A DNA stretch of 64,000 nucleotides from Heteronotia binoei (lineage: Eukaryota), in assembly GCF_032191835.1 (NCBI RefSeq), contig NC_083223.1:220658001-220722000 (forward strand), given 5' to 3'. Below the pieces are notes generated by a model. That model was not told the origin of the DNA, did not search any database, and was given only the letters and a program-made list of their open reading frames with translations. Shown piece by piece: positions 12,421 to 24,217 of the stretch. Each line of letters starts with the position of its first letter. Position 1 is the first letter of the stretch. The translations under genes were made by a program, and so were the position numbers.

Positions 12421-12669
12421 ATATACTGCTAAAGCCTCTATTAAATAGTTAAACAATTGCAAGCTTGCTAGTAGTTTCATTCATGCCTGCTGTGTTCCAA
12501 CGTTTCTGGAAGCTGTGGTTCTTGGAAAACCCTTTCCTAAATGTTCTGGCCTGGCTCTGGGTAATAACATTTCCCATTTGCAGATGAGTTGTAACCAGGT
12601 AACAACACCAGGACTTCTTGTGAAGGTGCTTAGTGAATAGATCTGCAGCAGGTTTTCATGTTTAAATAC

Positions 12670-12780
12670 CAGGGCTTTTTTGTAGAAAAGCCCAGCAGGA
12701 ACTCATTTGCATATTAGGCCACACCCTCTTACACCAAGCCAGCTGGAACTCTGTTCCTGCTACCTCTGTTCCTGCTCAAT
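12670..12780 (+). mobile_element. Partial hAT MITE (CAGGGCTTTTT family)
   Basis: CAGGGCTTTTTTGTAGAAAAGCCCAGCAGGAACTCATTTGCATATTAGGCCACAC matches the copies at 14836 and 30544/30624; right TIR missing. Confidence 0.7.
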
Positions 12781-12809
12781 ACCAAGCTTGGCATGGTACA
12801 CGCATAAGT

Positions 12810-13010
12810 CCAGTGCGGCCTAGAAATCCTCCAGAATTTCAACTGATATTCTGACTACAGAGATCAGTTCCCCTGGAGAAGATGACTGCTTTGGAATGTG
12901 GACTTTATGGCATTATAACCTACTGTGGTCCCTTTCCTCTTCCAAACCCATCCTTCCCAGCCTGCATCCCAAATCTCCAGGAATTTCCCTTCCTGGAGTT
13001 GGAACATCTA
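12810..13010 (-). mobile_element. hAT-type MITE (TAGGGTTGCCA family), degenerate
   Basis: Reverse complement of the ...AAATTCCTGGAGATTTGG...ATAATGCCATA...GGAGATC module, also seen at about 5630-5745, 37630-37830 and 49486-49690. Confidence 0.6.
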
Positions 13011-13610
13011 TACAAGCAGCTTGTTGTCAGATGTTCTCTACAGTTACAACCATTTTTGTTATCTTTTATATTCAGCTCAACATCTAATGAGACAGGGTTT
13101 TTTTCTTTTGATTACTTACAGTATCATGTTTTCTGCTGGCCTGAGGTGGCCTCCAAGCAGGAATAGACCTCTCCTTGTTTGTGGGTAGCTTGGTATTTTG
13201 ATTTTGCCATAGGAGCCAGCTAGTTTACTATTAGATATGGCAAGCTGGTGACCCACGGGACTGATCCAGCCATACAGGCAAACTAGGCAGTCTCCTTGGG
13301 CACCAGGATTTAAGAGGTTCCAAATTATATGGAAGTAAATTTCTCTATTCTAGCACTGTAGGCCACTCAGAATACAGTTACAGAGATGACAATAATGGGC
13401 ATTTTATTCTAGAGCACATGGAATTTCCAAATAGGACAGCCTCTGATGAGGATTAAAGGCGGCAAGAGAGAGCTAGCATGGTGTAGTCGTTTGCATGTCA
13501 GGCTAAGACCTAAGAGACTCAGGTTCTAATCTCCACAGCCATGACCCTCATTGGGCAACCTTTGTCCAATTGCTATCTTTTAGCCTAACCTACCTCATGG
13601 AGAAGGGAAG

Positions 13611-13795
13611 GCAGTATGGTGTAGCCTGATCTTGTCAGATCTTGGAAGCTAAGCAGACTCAGTACTTGGAAGGGATACCACCAAGGAAGACTCTGCAGAA
13701 GAAGGCAATGGCAAACCACCTCTGTTTCTCACTTGCCTTGAAAGTCCCTTACTGGGGGCAACATAAGTTGACTTGGTGGCACTGTATACACACAC
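13611..13795 (+). mobile_element. 5S rRNA-derived SINE (5S-Sauria-like)
   Basis: CCTGATCTTGTCAGATCTTGGAAGCTAAGCAG..TCAGTACTTGGAAGGGATACC resembles the 5S internal promoter region; it is followed by the Sauria/BovB-like GAAGGCAATGGCAAACCACCTC and a CA tail. Confidence 0.75.
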
Positions 13796-14269
13796 CTCAA
13801 AGAGTTGTTATGGGGACTAAATGGAGGGTGGAAGATCCATATACACCACCATGAACCCTTTGGAACTCCAAGTCTATTTTTCTGATTTTTATATTCTAGG
13901 CAGAAACAGAATTGTCACCGCCATGCAGGGAATGAAGAGCCCAATTTTTAGCAGGTGGAAAACAGTTTTTTTATACTGAAATGTGCCAAATTGCTCTGAG
14001 TGTGGCCATCACCACTACCACCACCTGCTTTGCCAGTTTGCTTTGTCAAAATGGCTCAAATGGTGCTGCTAGTGACACAAGCCGTTCCCATCAAAACCAT
14101 TCCCTTCAGCATATTTTGACAGCTGCTATCTTGCACACACAGATGTTTCTGCTTTCAGAGCTGGTGGCAATTGGATCAGATTGATGCTCATTTTGTAGGC
14201 CTGCCTAATACCCTCTGTTTTCTGTAAGCCACCATCTATCACATTGTTGCTGTTGTCATTCCCTTGCAG

Positions 14270-14367
14270 TGATTCTGAGAAAGCAAGCAGTGTGACTGAG
14301 GTGCCGCCAGTCAAGAAACATAACAGCATGTATCTTACACTTCCTGATGCCCATGATAACGACTCTG
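14270..14367 (+). CDS. TTC7A: TTC7A internal coding exon (human exon 17 equivalent, 98 nt)
   Basis: Acceptor cccttgcag|T, donor G|gtaaga; phase matches both neighbours. Encodes (S)DSEKASSVTEVPPVKKHNSMYLTLPDAHDNDS, matching recalled human MHLTLPDAHDADS. Confidence 0.93.
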
Positions 14368-14835
14368 GTAAGAGTGTTTTATTTTTAAGGCTTCTTGTGA
14401 CCAGACTCCAGTGCAAACAAGTAGACCATTTTCCTACACAAGAACTGAAAACAAAGGTAGACCAACTGCCCACACAAAAACTGAAAACAGAGTTCTTGCC
14501 TTAGGCATTCATTCCCAGTGATGTGCCCATGAGAAATAAACGGATGAGATAAAGTTCATATGTATCAACATAACATGTCACAGAAGAGCCTGCCTTCTTT
14601 TTTTCTACATGAGTCACTGTTTGAGGCATTGGCTCTTTCCCATAGTTTTACTGGGGGGGGGGGGCTAATTCTGTTGTGCCTCTGCATCAGGTTTGATTGG
14701 CTCGTTCAGTCATTCCTGAAATACAGGCAGAGACTCAGAGGAGATTGCCTGTTGTGCCTCTGCACAAGTCATGACTGTAGGCTTGTTTTCTTCCTGTTAG
14801 AAGTATGCCCAGCATAGTGAGTTATGTAGTGTGAT

Positions 14836-14900
14836 CAGGGCTTTTTTGTAGTAAACACCCAGCAGGAACTCATTTGCATATTAGGCTACACCCCCTGACA
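14836..14900 (+). mobile_element. Partial hAT MITE (CAGGGCTTTTT family)
   Basis: Same left arm, including CAGCAGGAACTCATTTGCATATTAGGC; truncated. Confidence 0.65.
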
Positions 14901-15259
14901 TCATCAGAAGTGACATCACCCATTCCATAGGCTACTTTCCACGTATTGACACAGAACAATACAGTGCCATCAGCTCCATTTCGTGGATGTGTGTTCTCAC
15001 ACAGCCCAATAAGAGACCTTGTTCCCACTCCCACATGGAAGTGATAAAGGAGAAGCCTTTGCGGGCAGCTAAGTTTAGCCTTGCACATGTTTTAAAAGTA
15101 ATATTTTTGGGTTTTAACTATTAAGCATGCCTCCAATTATAATTTAGAAAAAAATTCCTTAATTATCAGACATTTGGGAAAGACTGCCTTAGAGATTTAT
15201 GTGGTCATGCAGACCACTCAAATTAAAATTGTAAGGTAAAAGAAAATCACAATGCTGTC

Positions 15260-16830
15260 AACTCATGTACTCTGGGCCCTGTTCATTCTGGCTTAAGGCC
15301 AGACTATGGGTCAGAGATTGCACTAATATCTTTAGTTAATTACTTCCATCTAAATGTAGACAGAGGCCATGCTTCTTTGTTGCTCCTACTGGATTTATCT
15401 GCTGCCTTTGATACAGGGTCTTGTTGAAACATTTGGAGGCAGAAGTAGGTATCAGGGGATATGCTTTGGGTTGGTTTAAATAATTCTTTACGGATCAGAC
15501 TCAAAGGATTGCTGTTGGAGACTAGTTATCATCAGTATGGGATTTGTCCCACAGGGTTGCACAGTGTGCAGTCTTTTCCCCCGTGCTATTACATCTCTAA
15601 GTCTGTTTGCAGGGAGGGCAGGATATAAATAGAAATAAATAAATAAATATGTAAAGTCCTTAGGAGAAATCATTTGTAGTTTTGGAATTGAATGCCATCA
15701 ATATGCTGATGACACCCAACACTATATTTTTGTATCCAGATTTCCTAGGGATGTGGTAGAAGTCTTGAGCTACTTCCTTTCTGCTATGATTAAATGACTG
15801 AGAGTCAACAAATTGAAACTGAACCATGAGAACATGGAAATAAAGCTGGAGTGGAAGCCTTAGCTCTTGATAGACATTGTGCACCCCATTTTTGATGGGG
15901 TTCAGCTGATCTTGCTGACTTGGTTAAAAACTTAGGGGTTATACTGGACCCAGCATTGCTTCTGGAGAAGCAAGATAATGTAGCTGCAAAAAAGACTTTT
16001 TTCTAACTTAATTTAGCCTGGAGGATGGCACTCTACACTGACTTAGCCAATCTGGCCACCTGGATCCATGCCACGGTGACATCAAGACTAGAATACTGTA
16101 ATGCACTCTGTGTAGGTTTCCCCTCAAAATCAACATAGAAACGCCAGTTGGTACAGAATGCTGCACCTTGGTTATTATCAGGAATTAGGTGGAGCGTGCA
16201 TATTATACCAGTTCTGTGGTTACTCCATTGGCTGCCCAGTAGTTAAAGATACCAGCTATCCCATACAAAGCCCGTCATGGCCTTGGTCCCTCATATCCTC
16301 AAGACTGCCTCTTCCCCTGTGCCTCACCATGTCAACATTGTGCGTCTGAACACTCCCTCCTACAAATGCTACCCTGCAAATAGGCAGTATCAACAATTGC
16401 CTGCATATGTGCATTCTCTGTAGTGGACTCCACCCTATGGAATTGCTTGCCTGGTAAGATCAGGAAAACCCCCACACTTCTGGCATCCCCAAAATTCTGT
16501 AAAACAGAATTGTTAAGGAGGGCATTTTTACAAAGGAAATAGGGCTGCATTATAACAGAATGACTCAGGACTGTGGATTATACTAGTATTATCTTTTGGC
16601 ATATGTTTTATCATGCTCTCAGTGTATATATTTTTACTTATGTAATACCATTTCTTGCATTGTTTAACATGTCATGTTTAATACTTGTGCCTTGTTTCGG
16701 GTTTCTACACTCCTAGTCCTATTATATTGTTTATTAGATGTCTCCTCATCCTACTGATTGCACTGACTTTTACATTATATAGTCCACCTCATTGAAAAAG
16801 ATTAATTATAAATAACATGAAGAAATAAAC
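15260..16830 (+). mobile_element. L2 LINE 3' fragment, decayed
   Basis: RT motifs LLLLDLSAAFDT (15380-15415) and QYADDTQ (15699-15719), followed by a decayed L2-like C-terminus and an AT-rich 3' UTR. Boundaries approximate. Confidence 0.8.
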
Positions 16831-16847
16831 TGGCATGAGTTTGTAGG

Positions 16848-18067
16848 TGTGAGGAACCCGGTCAGAGGTTTTACTCGGAAGGGCGACCACTTTAAATTTC
16901 TCCCCGGTCACCTTCCCTCCGTCCCTCAGTAACACTCCCAGAAATCCTGTCAGAGCTATTAATAATTGGCACCGGACAGTTTTAAAGTCAAAAACCACAA
17001 AATATTTATTAAGGAACAAAAGGCAAGGGAGAGGGATGAAATTATATTGATTATGACTATTCACTATTAAAAAGGTAAATCAGTTGGCAGCTGGTTGGCA
17101 GAATAATTCAATTACAGAGAGTAGAGACTTTTTCAGACTGAGGTAAAAATATAACAAGACTTTGGCAGAATAGCTTTAAAATAAACAATAAACCAGGCAG
17201 GTTTTAGAATCCCACTGGATTCTACTTCACACAGGCTGTGCCTTCTGGGCACCCATAATGCTGTTCCTTCAGTTGTTTAAGCCCTAGCTTTGGCAGTGCC
17301 AAATCATATAAATAACAAATTTCAGTCACTCTTCCACACGCACATAGAGAACTCCTGACTGGTATCAGTATTCTCCTTCACAGACCCCTTCACACTAGCT
17401 ATCTTCCAGGACTCGCACCCCTCAATTCCGATGCGTCTCAGCCCCACAGCTGGTCCTCTGGTCTGAGTCTTGGGCAACCCTTCTGACCACCAGAATCCAG
17501 TTCTCCCCTCAGTGTGTATTTGTGTGATCTTGTTTGTACTTGGCAATTGCCTGATGCGCTGGCAAAATCTCCTTCAGAGAGTTTCAAACTGTCTAAAAAC
17601 TCCCTCTTCCAGACAGAACAAAGCACCTTTAAGACCAATGTAGTTTTATTCAGAATGTAATGCACACGAAAGCTTATGTTTTGAATAAAACTACATTGGT
17701 CTTAAAGGTGCAATTGACTCCTGTTTTGTTCTACTACTTCAGGCCAACACGGCTGCCTATTTGGATCTATCTTCCAGACAGAGTCCACTCAGCTTTGTCT
17801 TCCACAAGGAGCTCAGCCACTCTGGCCGCTCTCAGCCCCTCGTCCAGTTGGTTTTACAACTGCCCAGCCTAAGCCGACTGTCTTCACTTCAGACTGGTAT
17901 ACTGAAGCCTTCTCTCAAAGACACCCTGGCTCAGACTAACAATCCTGAGGTGATTTTCTGCTGAGCAAACCTCCAAAGGATACTTTTCCGTTGCTTGGGC
18001 AACGTTCCAGCCAATCGCTGCAAGCCTGTTTCTCAGCTACTCAGGCTAAGGGCCTGAGTCCGTCACA
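16848..18067 (-). mobile_element. Solo LTR (Gypsy or ERV type unresolved)
   Basis: Termini TGTGA...TCACA; 5-bp flanks GTAGG / GTATG; minus-strand AATAAA at 17005-17010; no gag/pol. Confidence 0.75.
17618..17769 (+). mobile_element. Short Penelope pLTR-derived insertion with an inverted 5' end, nested in the LTR
   Basis: 13-bp TSD TCTTCCAGACAGA (17605-17617, 17770-17782); perfect 30-bp inverted repeat GCACCTTTAAGACCAATGTAGTTTTATTCA; carries CACGAAAGCTTA, the 3' half of a hammerhead core. Confidence 0.75.
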
Positions 18068-18748
18068 GTATGTTATTTATTTGTTGAGCAGAGGGCATCA
18101 GGTTTGCTCTTGGCCTTCTGCTTAATACTCACAGGCCACTTTTTAAAAACTCAGATGATCTCTATGTCAGATAATGTGAACAACATTTATCTCATGTGTG
18201 CAGAGCTATGCATGCTGTTGATTGAACTACAATAGTCAAAGTTCTGCATTGCTGTAATACAAAATCTGCACCAATAAAAACTAGATCCAATGACCTCTCC
18301 ATTATTAAATCTTCAAGGTAGCTCACAGTATAAACAACAGATTAATTTACAAAAAAATCACATTTAAATTATTAAAACTAATTTTAAGTTGCTGGCCAAA
18401 AAGCAGAACAAATTAAAAAAGCAGTTTAGAGGATACAGCAGAAACAAATACAAAAAGCCTCTGTACTACTAAAAACCATGTTAAATAAAATATCTTGTAT
18501 TTGAGTAGAGAATTCTGTTTGTGAGCAGAGTGACTCCTTGATGGATGTTAGGTGGACAATTTGTAATGGATTCCTGTCACATGACATGATTTATCACTGA
18601 ATTTAGTATTTGAGCAGGAGCCCATGAGTGATCTGGTTTTCTTTCTGATTATACTAATTTATTTCTTAAGTAATTTTTCCTGAGCGGTAGCCATGTTAAT
18701 CTCTTTTAGCAAAAATAAACTGGAGTCTTGTGGCACTTTAGAAACAAA

Positions 18749-18928
18749 CAGGGCTTTTTAGTAGCAGGAACTCCTTTGCATATTAGGCCACACACCCCTG
18801 ATGTAGCCAATCCTCCAAGAGCTTACAGTAGGCCCTGTACTAAAAGCCCTGTAAACTCTTGGAGGATTGGCTACATCAGGGGTGTGTGGCCTAATATGCA
18901 AAGGAGTTCCTGCTACTAAAAAGCCCTG
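18749..18928. mobile_element. hAT fold-back MITE
   Basis: Perfect 73-bp inverted arms (18749-18821, 18856-18928); perfect 8-bp TSD GAAACAAA. Inserted in a decayed Penelope-type short repeat. Confidence 0.92.
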
Positions 18929-19170
18929 GAAACAAACATGTTTTTATTCTAGCATAAGCTTCTATAGACTAAAAGTCATGTAAAAAACCCAAATGTGAGA
19001 CTGGTGAGCTCTTCACAATAATATATAATTTGTCCCTTAGTCAAAGGCATTCATATTGTCATCACTGGATGTCAAGAGGATGAAGGAACGAGCCCACCAT
19101 TTTCAGTTAGCTTAAGGAGAGTTATATGATTAGAGTGGTAACATAAGTTTTGTGTGCCTGTATGTTTCAG

Positions 19171-19305
19171 GCTCCCAACGAGCTTCTTCTATCGCAGCAT
19201 CACGGCTGGAGCAGGCCATGTCTGAAGTAACCATGCACAGTACTACTTTGAAGCAAGGGCCTATGCAGTTGTGGACAACTCTTGAACAGATCTGGTTGCA
19301 GGCTG
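19171..19305 (+). CDS. TTC7A: TTC7A internal coding exon (human exon 18 equivalent, 135 nt)
   Basis: Acceptor tatgtttcag|GC, donor G|gtaagc. Encodes [45 protein letters not shown], nearly identical to recalled human TTC7A and distinct from TTC7B (QGPLHPWMTLAQIWLHA). Confidence 0.96.
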
Positions 19306-21226
19306 GTAAGCCTTTTTTCTGTTCTTTTATGATAGGCCAGATGATTGCTATCCTTCCCAGTTCCAGATTCCAAGTTCTGCTCTTAGGGTTGTCACCTGCA
19401 TGGAGAAAGAGTGTCCTGTCTCTTTAACAGAGGCTTAGTGGATTGTTATTTACTGGATTGTGTTGTACAATCATGCCATGAAAAGCTTTAACTGCCCATT
19501 TCCATGCATTATGCTGTTGTTTAAGGAACAGGGCATTTTTCTCCAGGCCCTGTTCCACATTCTGTTCTGTACCAGTGATTGGTTTTGCAGCTCAAGCCCT
19601 CATGTATTTTCTTGTAGCTTTCCATATGTTTCTCCAGTTAAGCTTGCAGCCCTCAGTATGGGTCTCTCTGTAGTGTGTGGTCCAAAAAACCTGTCTCTGT
19701 TGGCTCCATGGACCCTGTAAATGCTTTAGAGGGCTAGAAGTCCAAGTGAAAAATCCCATGAGGCTCGTTATAGTTCTCTGGCCATGCTCAGGTTGCGCTT
19801 CCAGGTCAGAGCAAGATCTTTGTACTGTCCTCTAAGGTTGCAATCTAAAGAACACATTCTTGGGAATAAGTTCCATTGAATAACCTGGGTCTTATATCTG
19901 ACTAGATCGGCTTAGGATTGCTCCCTAAATGTCCCACATTTCTTCCCTTCCTGTTCGGGGAGAGCTGCCTCATAGTTTGAGGCTTTGTTGTCAGGAATAT
20001 GTAGAGATATTGTACCTCAAAAACAGAAAAGAAAAAGAGTGCAATTTCTGTTTGGCATTTCACTGGCTGTTGGCTTACTAGCTGCTATTCCATTGTGTAG
20101 AAGGTTTTTTACCCCACAACTCATCTATGCCTTCAGTTCGTAATGCTGTATTATTTTAAGCCTCTTCATTTGACTGCAGTGCCTCACTCTGCTTGCCATT
20201 ACTGGTGCTCTTAACTAACCCCTTCCTTTACCAAATATGGCCACTCACAGAAGAGTTGCTCTGGTAATTTAATCCTCAATTGGCTGAATGCCTGCTGCAC
20301 GAAGTCTAGAAACATTAACAGGTAGACTGTTAAATCATGTTCCAAAACATATGTGCAAAGAGTTAGCTAAAATATCAAGGCTCTAAAATTCTTCCAAAAC
20401 TTTTGGGAAGAGTCCTGTTCCTTTCCTTCCCCAATGAGCACATTAGACATTTACCCTTAAAGAAACATTGGAATGAGTACACCATTAATGTGCACTAGGA
20501 TAGAAGGCAGCGCAGGACAGTGAGCTAATGGAAAACATCTGTTCTCTTAAGTTATGTATACAGTAGGATCTTTTTTTCCCCATCACATAACATTTTAAAT
20601 ATATTTATTTTATTTGTGATGGGTGAATTCCTGGAAAACCAGATATCAAATTAGGAAAAAGGTGGGGTATTTAGAGACAGTCCAAAAATTTTTGCAGGGT
20701 CAAGGAGTGGAATCTGTCTGTGATTTGCCAGGTTTGGTACAACATCATCAGCGTAATCTGTTGCTTCTCCAGGGAATATTGGTCATAGTTCACTGCTGAG
20801 CCTCTCCCTCCCTTACAAATATTCATGCTTCTCTTCAATCTGCCAAATACTTTCACTGGTGACTTTTCCTTATTAAGATTTCTTTATGAGCTGTGTTGTG
20901 GCCAAGTAGATTGCTATGGCATAAATAACCTTAGCCCTGACCAAACTGCCTTTTGTGTATCCCTCTCTGCTGGTGTGATTTTGATATTAGGTGATCTGCC
21001 TTTACCATGGCATACATGGGAAGGCTGCAGTTCACAGGGCTTAGCCTGAGGAACAGACAGTTTCTTAGAAAAGCCCTGAAAATATACCCACATGAGCTGT
21101 AGGTCAAATTCAGACAACCAGGAAACACAGAAAATCTTTCTCAATGGGTTTCAAGGGAGTGGGAAACTTTGTGATTATGGAACAAAGCAGTAGACAAGTT
21201 TAAGACCAACTAAGTTTTATTCAAAA

Positions 21227-21264
21227 TGTAAGCTTTCGTATGCTCTAAGCAGACTTCATCAGAT
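21227..21264 (-). ncRNA. Minimal hammerhead ribozyme motif in a Penelope pLTR fragment (about 21200-21410)
   Basis: Minus strand reads AT-CTGATGA-AGTCTGC-TTAGA-GCATAC-GAAA-GCTTA-CAT. Both catalytic boxes are intact, stem III is the palindromic AAGCTT, and stem II has mismatches. Activity not shown. Confidence 0.6.
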
Positions 21265-24217
21265 AAAAATGGAATGGCTAACAGTCCTAAATATAGAGAA
21301 AGTGGGCAGTGAGTTGGTATGTAGAGTAATGGAAATGTTTTTAGCAGATTAAAAGAATCACAGATTAAAAGAATCGCAGTTTTTAGCAGATTGAAAGAAT
21401 CACAAATCACTGCGTTTGTTAGTGTTGTTAACTGTTAATTTGTGATTATAGTTAGAGATTTTAGAAGCAGGAAGGAATTTTTAGGCTACATGTGGCACTC
21501 TGGAGACTTGGGGATGATGTGGCCTAACACCTTGTGGTAGAATGCACAGACCAGTTTTTGCATTATTAGTTGCAAATGAGACTAACAGTACCTGTAGAAG
21601 CTATCAGTGGCCTGGTTTTTTTATGGTTCATACTGCAGAAATCCACTTTTAAAAGCCATTTGACTTCTAGAAACAGAAATCCAATTGTTCTTGCCTTCGA
21701 AGTGATGAGAAGAATTATTCTTCATGTCATTTTGGGAAGCATCCTGAGCTGCAGATCAGTCAGCATTTTACATGAGCCAACACTAAACCTTCTTTCCATT
21801 GTACTTCAGTGGAGATGTGACTAGTTCAGCAATAAAAAGCTTGACAGAAGTCACACCAGTCAAGCAAAGGACTGGCAGTTTGGGGAACCTCTGCTGCTGT
21901 CCTGGAGAAAATGGACATAAAGCAGTGATTTAAAAGGCAGGATACAAATACCGCAGATCAGAATCTTCCTGGCCCTGGGAAATCAGGTGTTTAATTTAGT
22001 ATTCTCCTGTTCTAGCAGGGATGAAAACACAGGGGGTGCTGGGAACATTCTTGGAGAAATTGACCTGGAGCAGAGATTCATCAGCCTCAGGCAGCAGGCT
22101 ATGGAAACCGAGAGCAGATAAAAGATGGCCAGCTCCAGGCAGCAGGTCAGAATAAGATACTGCAGGACCAGGGAGAGCTCCCAGGGTCAGAAGGAGTCCA
22201 TCTGACAAATTCCAACGCTCAAATGAATCCTTATCCCAAAGCAAGTTTGTCAAAGCTCCTTCTATCTCGGGGCACTGCAAGATATTTAAAGGGCCAGTGC
22301 TCTAGCCTGCAATTGTGCAGTTGGCATTCTTGATTGGTTTAAAATGGGGTCCACATACTTTAGTAAGTGAGAGAACCTTAGGAGGGTGATTGGTTGTTTG
22401 GCAAAAATCACACTGAAAACGTTAACTCTATGAATCGCCACAGAAGAAACCGAATTTTGGAAATGTTTGGTAAAGAGATTTAAAATAAAATCACCAGCAT
22501 CACAATACCTTTATATTGGCTCCTGCATTTGAAATACTTTGTACAGTTCTGGTTATGCCATCTCGTAAAGCATTTTCCTTACTAGATAAAGCTAAACTCC
22601 TTTCCTGGAACATATGAACTCTCTATGTAAGGAATTCTGTAACTCTCTGCCTCAGAGAAGTCCAAAGGAAGTTCCTTTTTATGCTGTAAATTTGGCCGTT
22701 CCAGTAGCCATGAGACCTTCTGGCCCAATGATCCTCTGTCATCAGAGAAGGACTGGAGGCTTCTGGGGAAAGACAGAATATAAATGCTGTAAAATAAATA
22801 AATTCAGAACAACTAATGTCCATTAAAAAAAATTATTAGCCCATTAGGGGCACATGGAGGGCCAGAAAGAAAAAGAAAATTGATTATCTTCAAATGTATC
22901 CAGGTTTCTCTGTCTGCTCGCCTGGAGGTGATTTTTGCTCTCTGCTGGGTGACCGGATGTGGAGGGATTTACAGACCCGATTCAAACTATTCCTCATTCT
23001 TCCTGTCTGATTTCTGCTGCACCCAGTGTAAATTAGTTTTATAGATTAGCAGTGCTTCTGGTTCACCAGTAAATGGAATGAATGACTAATAGGAGCATAA
23101 ATTAAATTTCTTGGAACACATGTTTAATGTAAGCCTGAATACTCTCCCTTTTGTCATACCATTTTTTTTTCTCAGTTGGCTACATACTCATCTTTTCCTC
23201 TTTTTGTTTTCTAGCCAATCAGCTGCTTTCCTTCTTCTATGAGGAAGATTCTAGTGCCATCAACCTGTGTAAAAAATAATAAGTTGTAGAGATGCTTTTA
23301 AAGGTTTTTTTAAAATTGAATGCGGTGCAAATTAAGCCACCCACATCTTTTATTGATTATGTCTGCACTTGAAAATAAATGAGATGAGATTTAAATAAGT
23401 CCTGCTGCCTTAAATATGCTTTGTTGTTCTGGATTAGATCCATGATTGTTGCTCTTATCATTTTAATTTTTATATATATTTAATTGTTGCAACTGAAGAG
23501 GCTATACTGGCCCACACAGTTACACAGTAGCTGAAGGGCTGAGAAGTGCTCTTCAGCTCTTATATGCTAGAGGTAGACATCTCTCACCCCCCCCCCCCTT
23601 CTCCTTGTAAGTGGAATTGTTGGTTGCTAACAGATTGACGAATATGGTAATAACCTTATGCAATATTCTGCCTGCTATCCTCATTTAGCTCCCAACTCAG
23701 CAAGATATTTTATGCGTCTGTCTCTTTTTTTAATGCATGCGAATAAGCCTGCTGATTTCATGCTCAGTGTTCACTACGTGTTTAAGTACCTCTCTGGAAA
23801 AAGGTGGAGGGAAGGAAAACTCAGATTTAGGACTGTCTGAACTTCATTTGCATCCATATTTCACATTTGCAACCATATTTCATTTTGAGAGAATACAGCC
23901 TGTAAGTAAGGGAAGGGGCTAAGAGTACAAACTTATGGGAGCCCTAGTCACCCTTGGGGCCTAAGTAAACAAAGCAATTTGCTGTTACTATTGCTAATGG
24001 TATTGGGCAACAATAACAGCATACTTATTCTAGTCAAGTGCTTTGTGTGTGTGTTCTTCTGAATGTAATGGGCGCCAGAGGGGCTCCCATACTGACTGTC
24101 AGCTGCTCTCACTCTATTTTAGCTATTGTTCTATAACTTAGGCAGGCTTACCTCTGCCTGAAACCTGGAGATCTGCTGCTAGCAGAAGTAAATAATACTG
24201 AGCTAGATAGTCCATTA

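Noticed and set aside
13611-13700. Functional 5S rRNA gene (also 36574-36640)
   Set aside because: Truncated, diverged and fused to a SINE tail.
6374-14269. Ortholog of an alternative exon I recall between human exons 16 and 17
   Set aside because: No matching in-frame segment with splice sites was seen, and my recollection of that isoform is uncertain.
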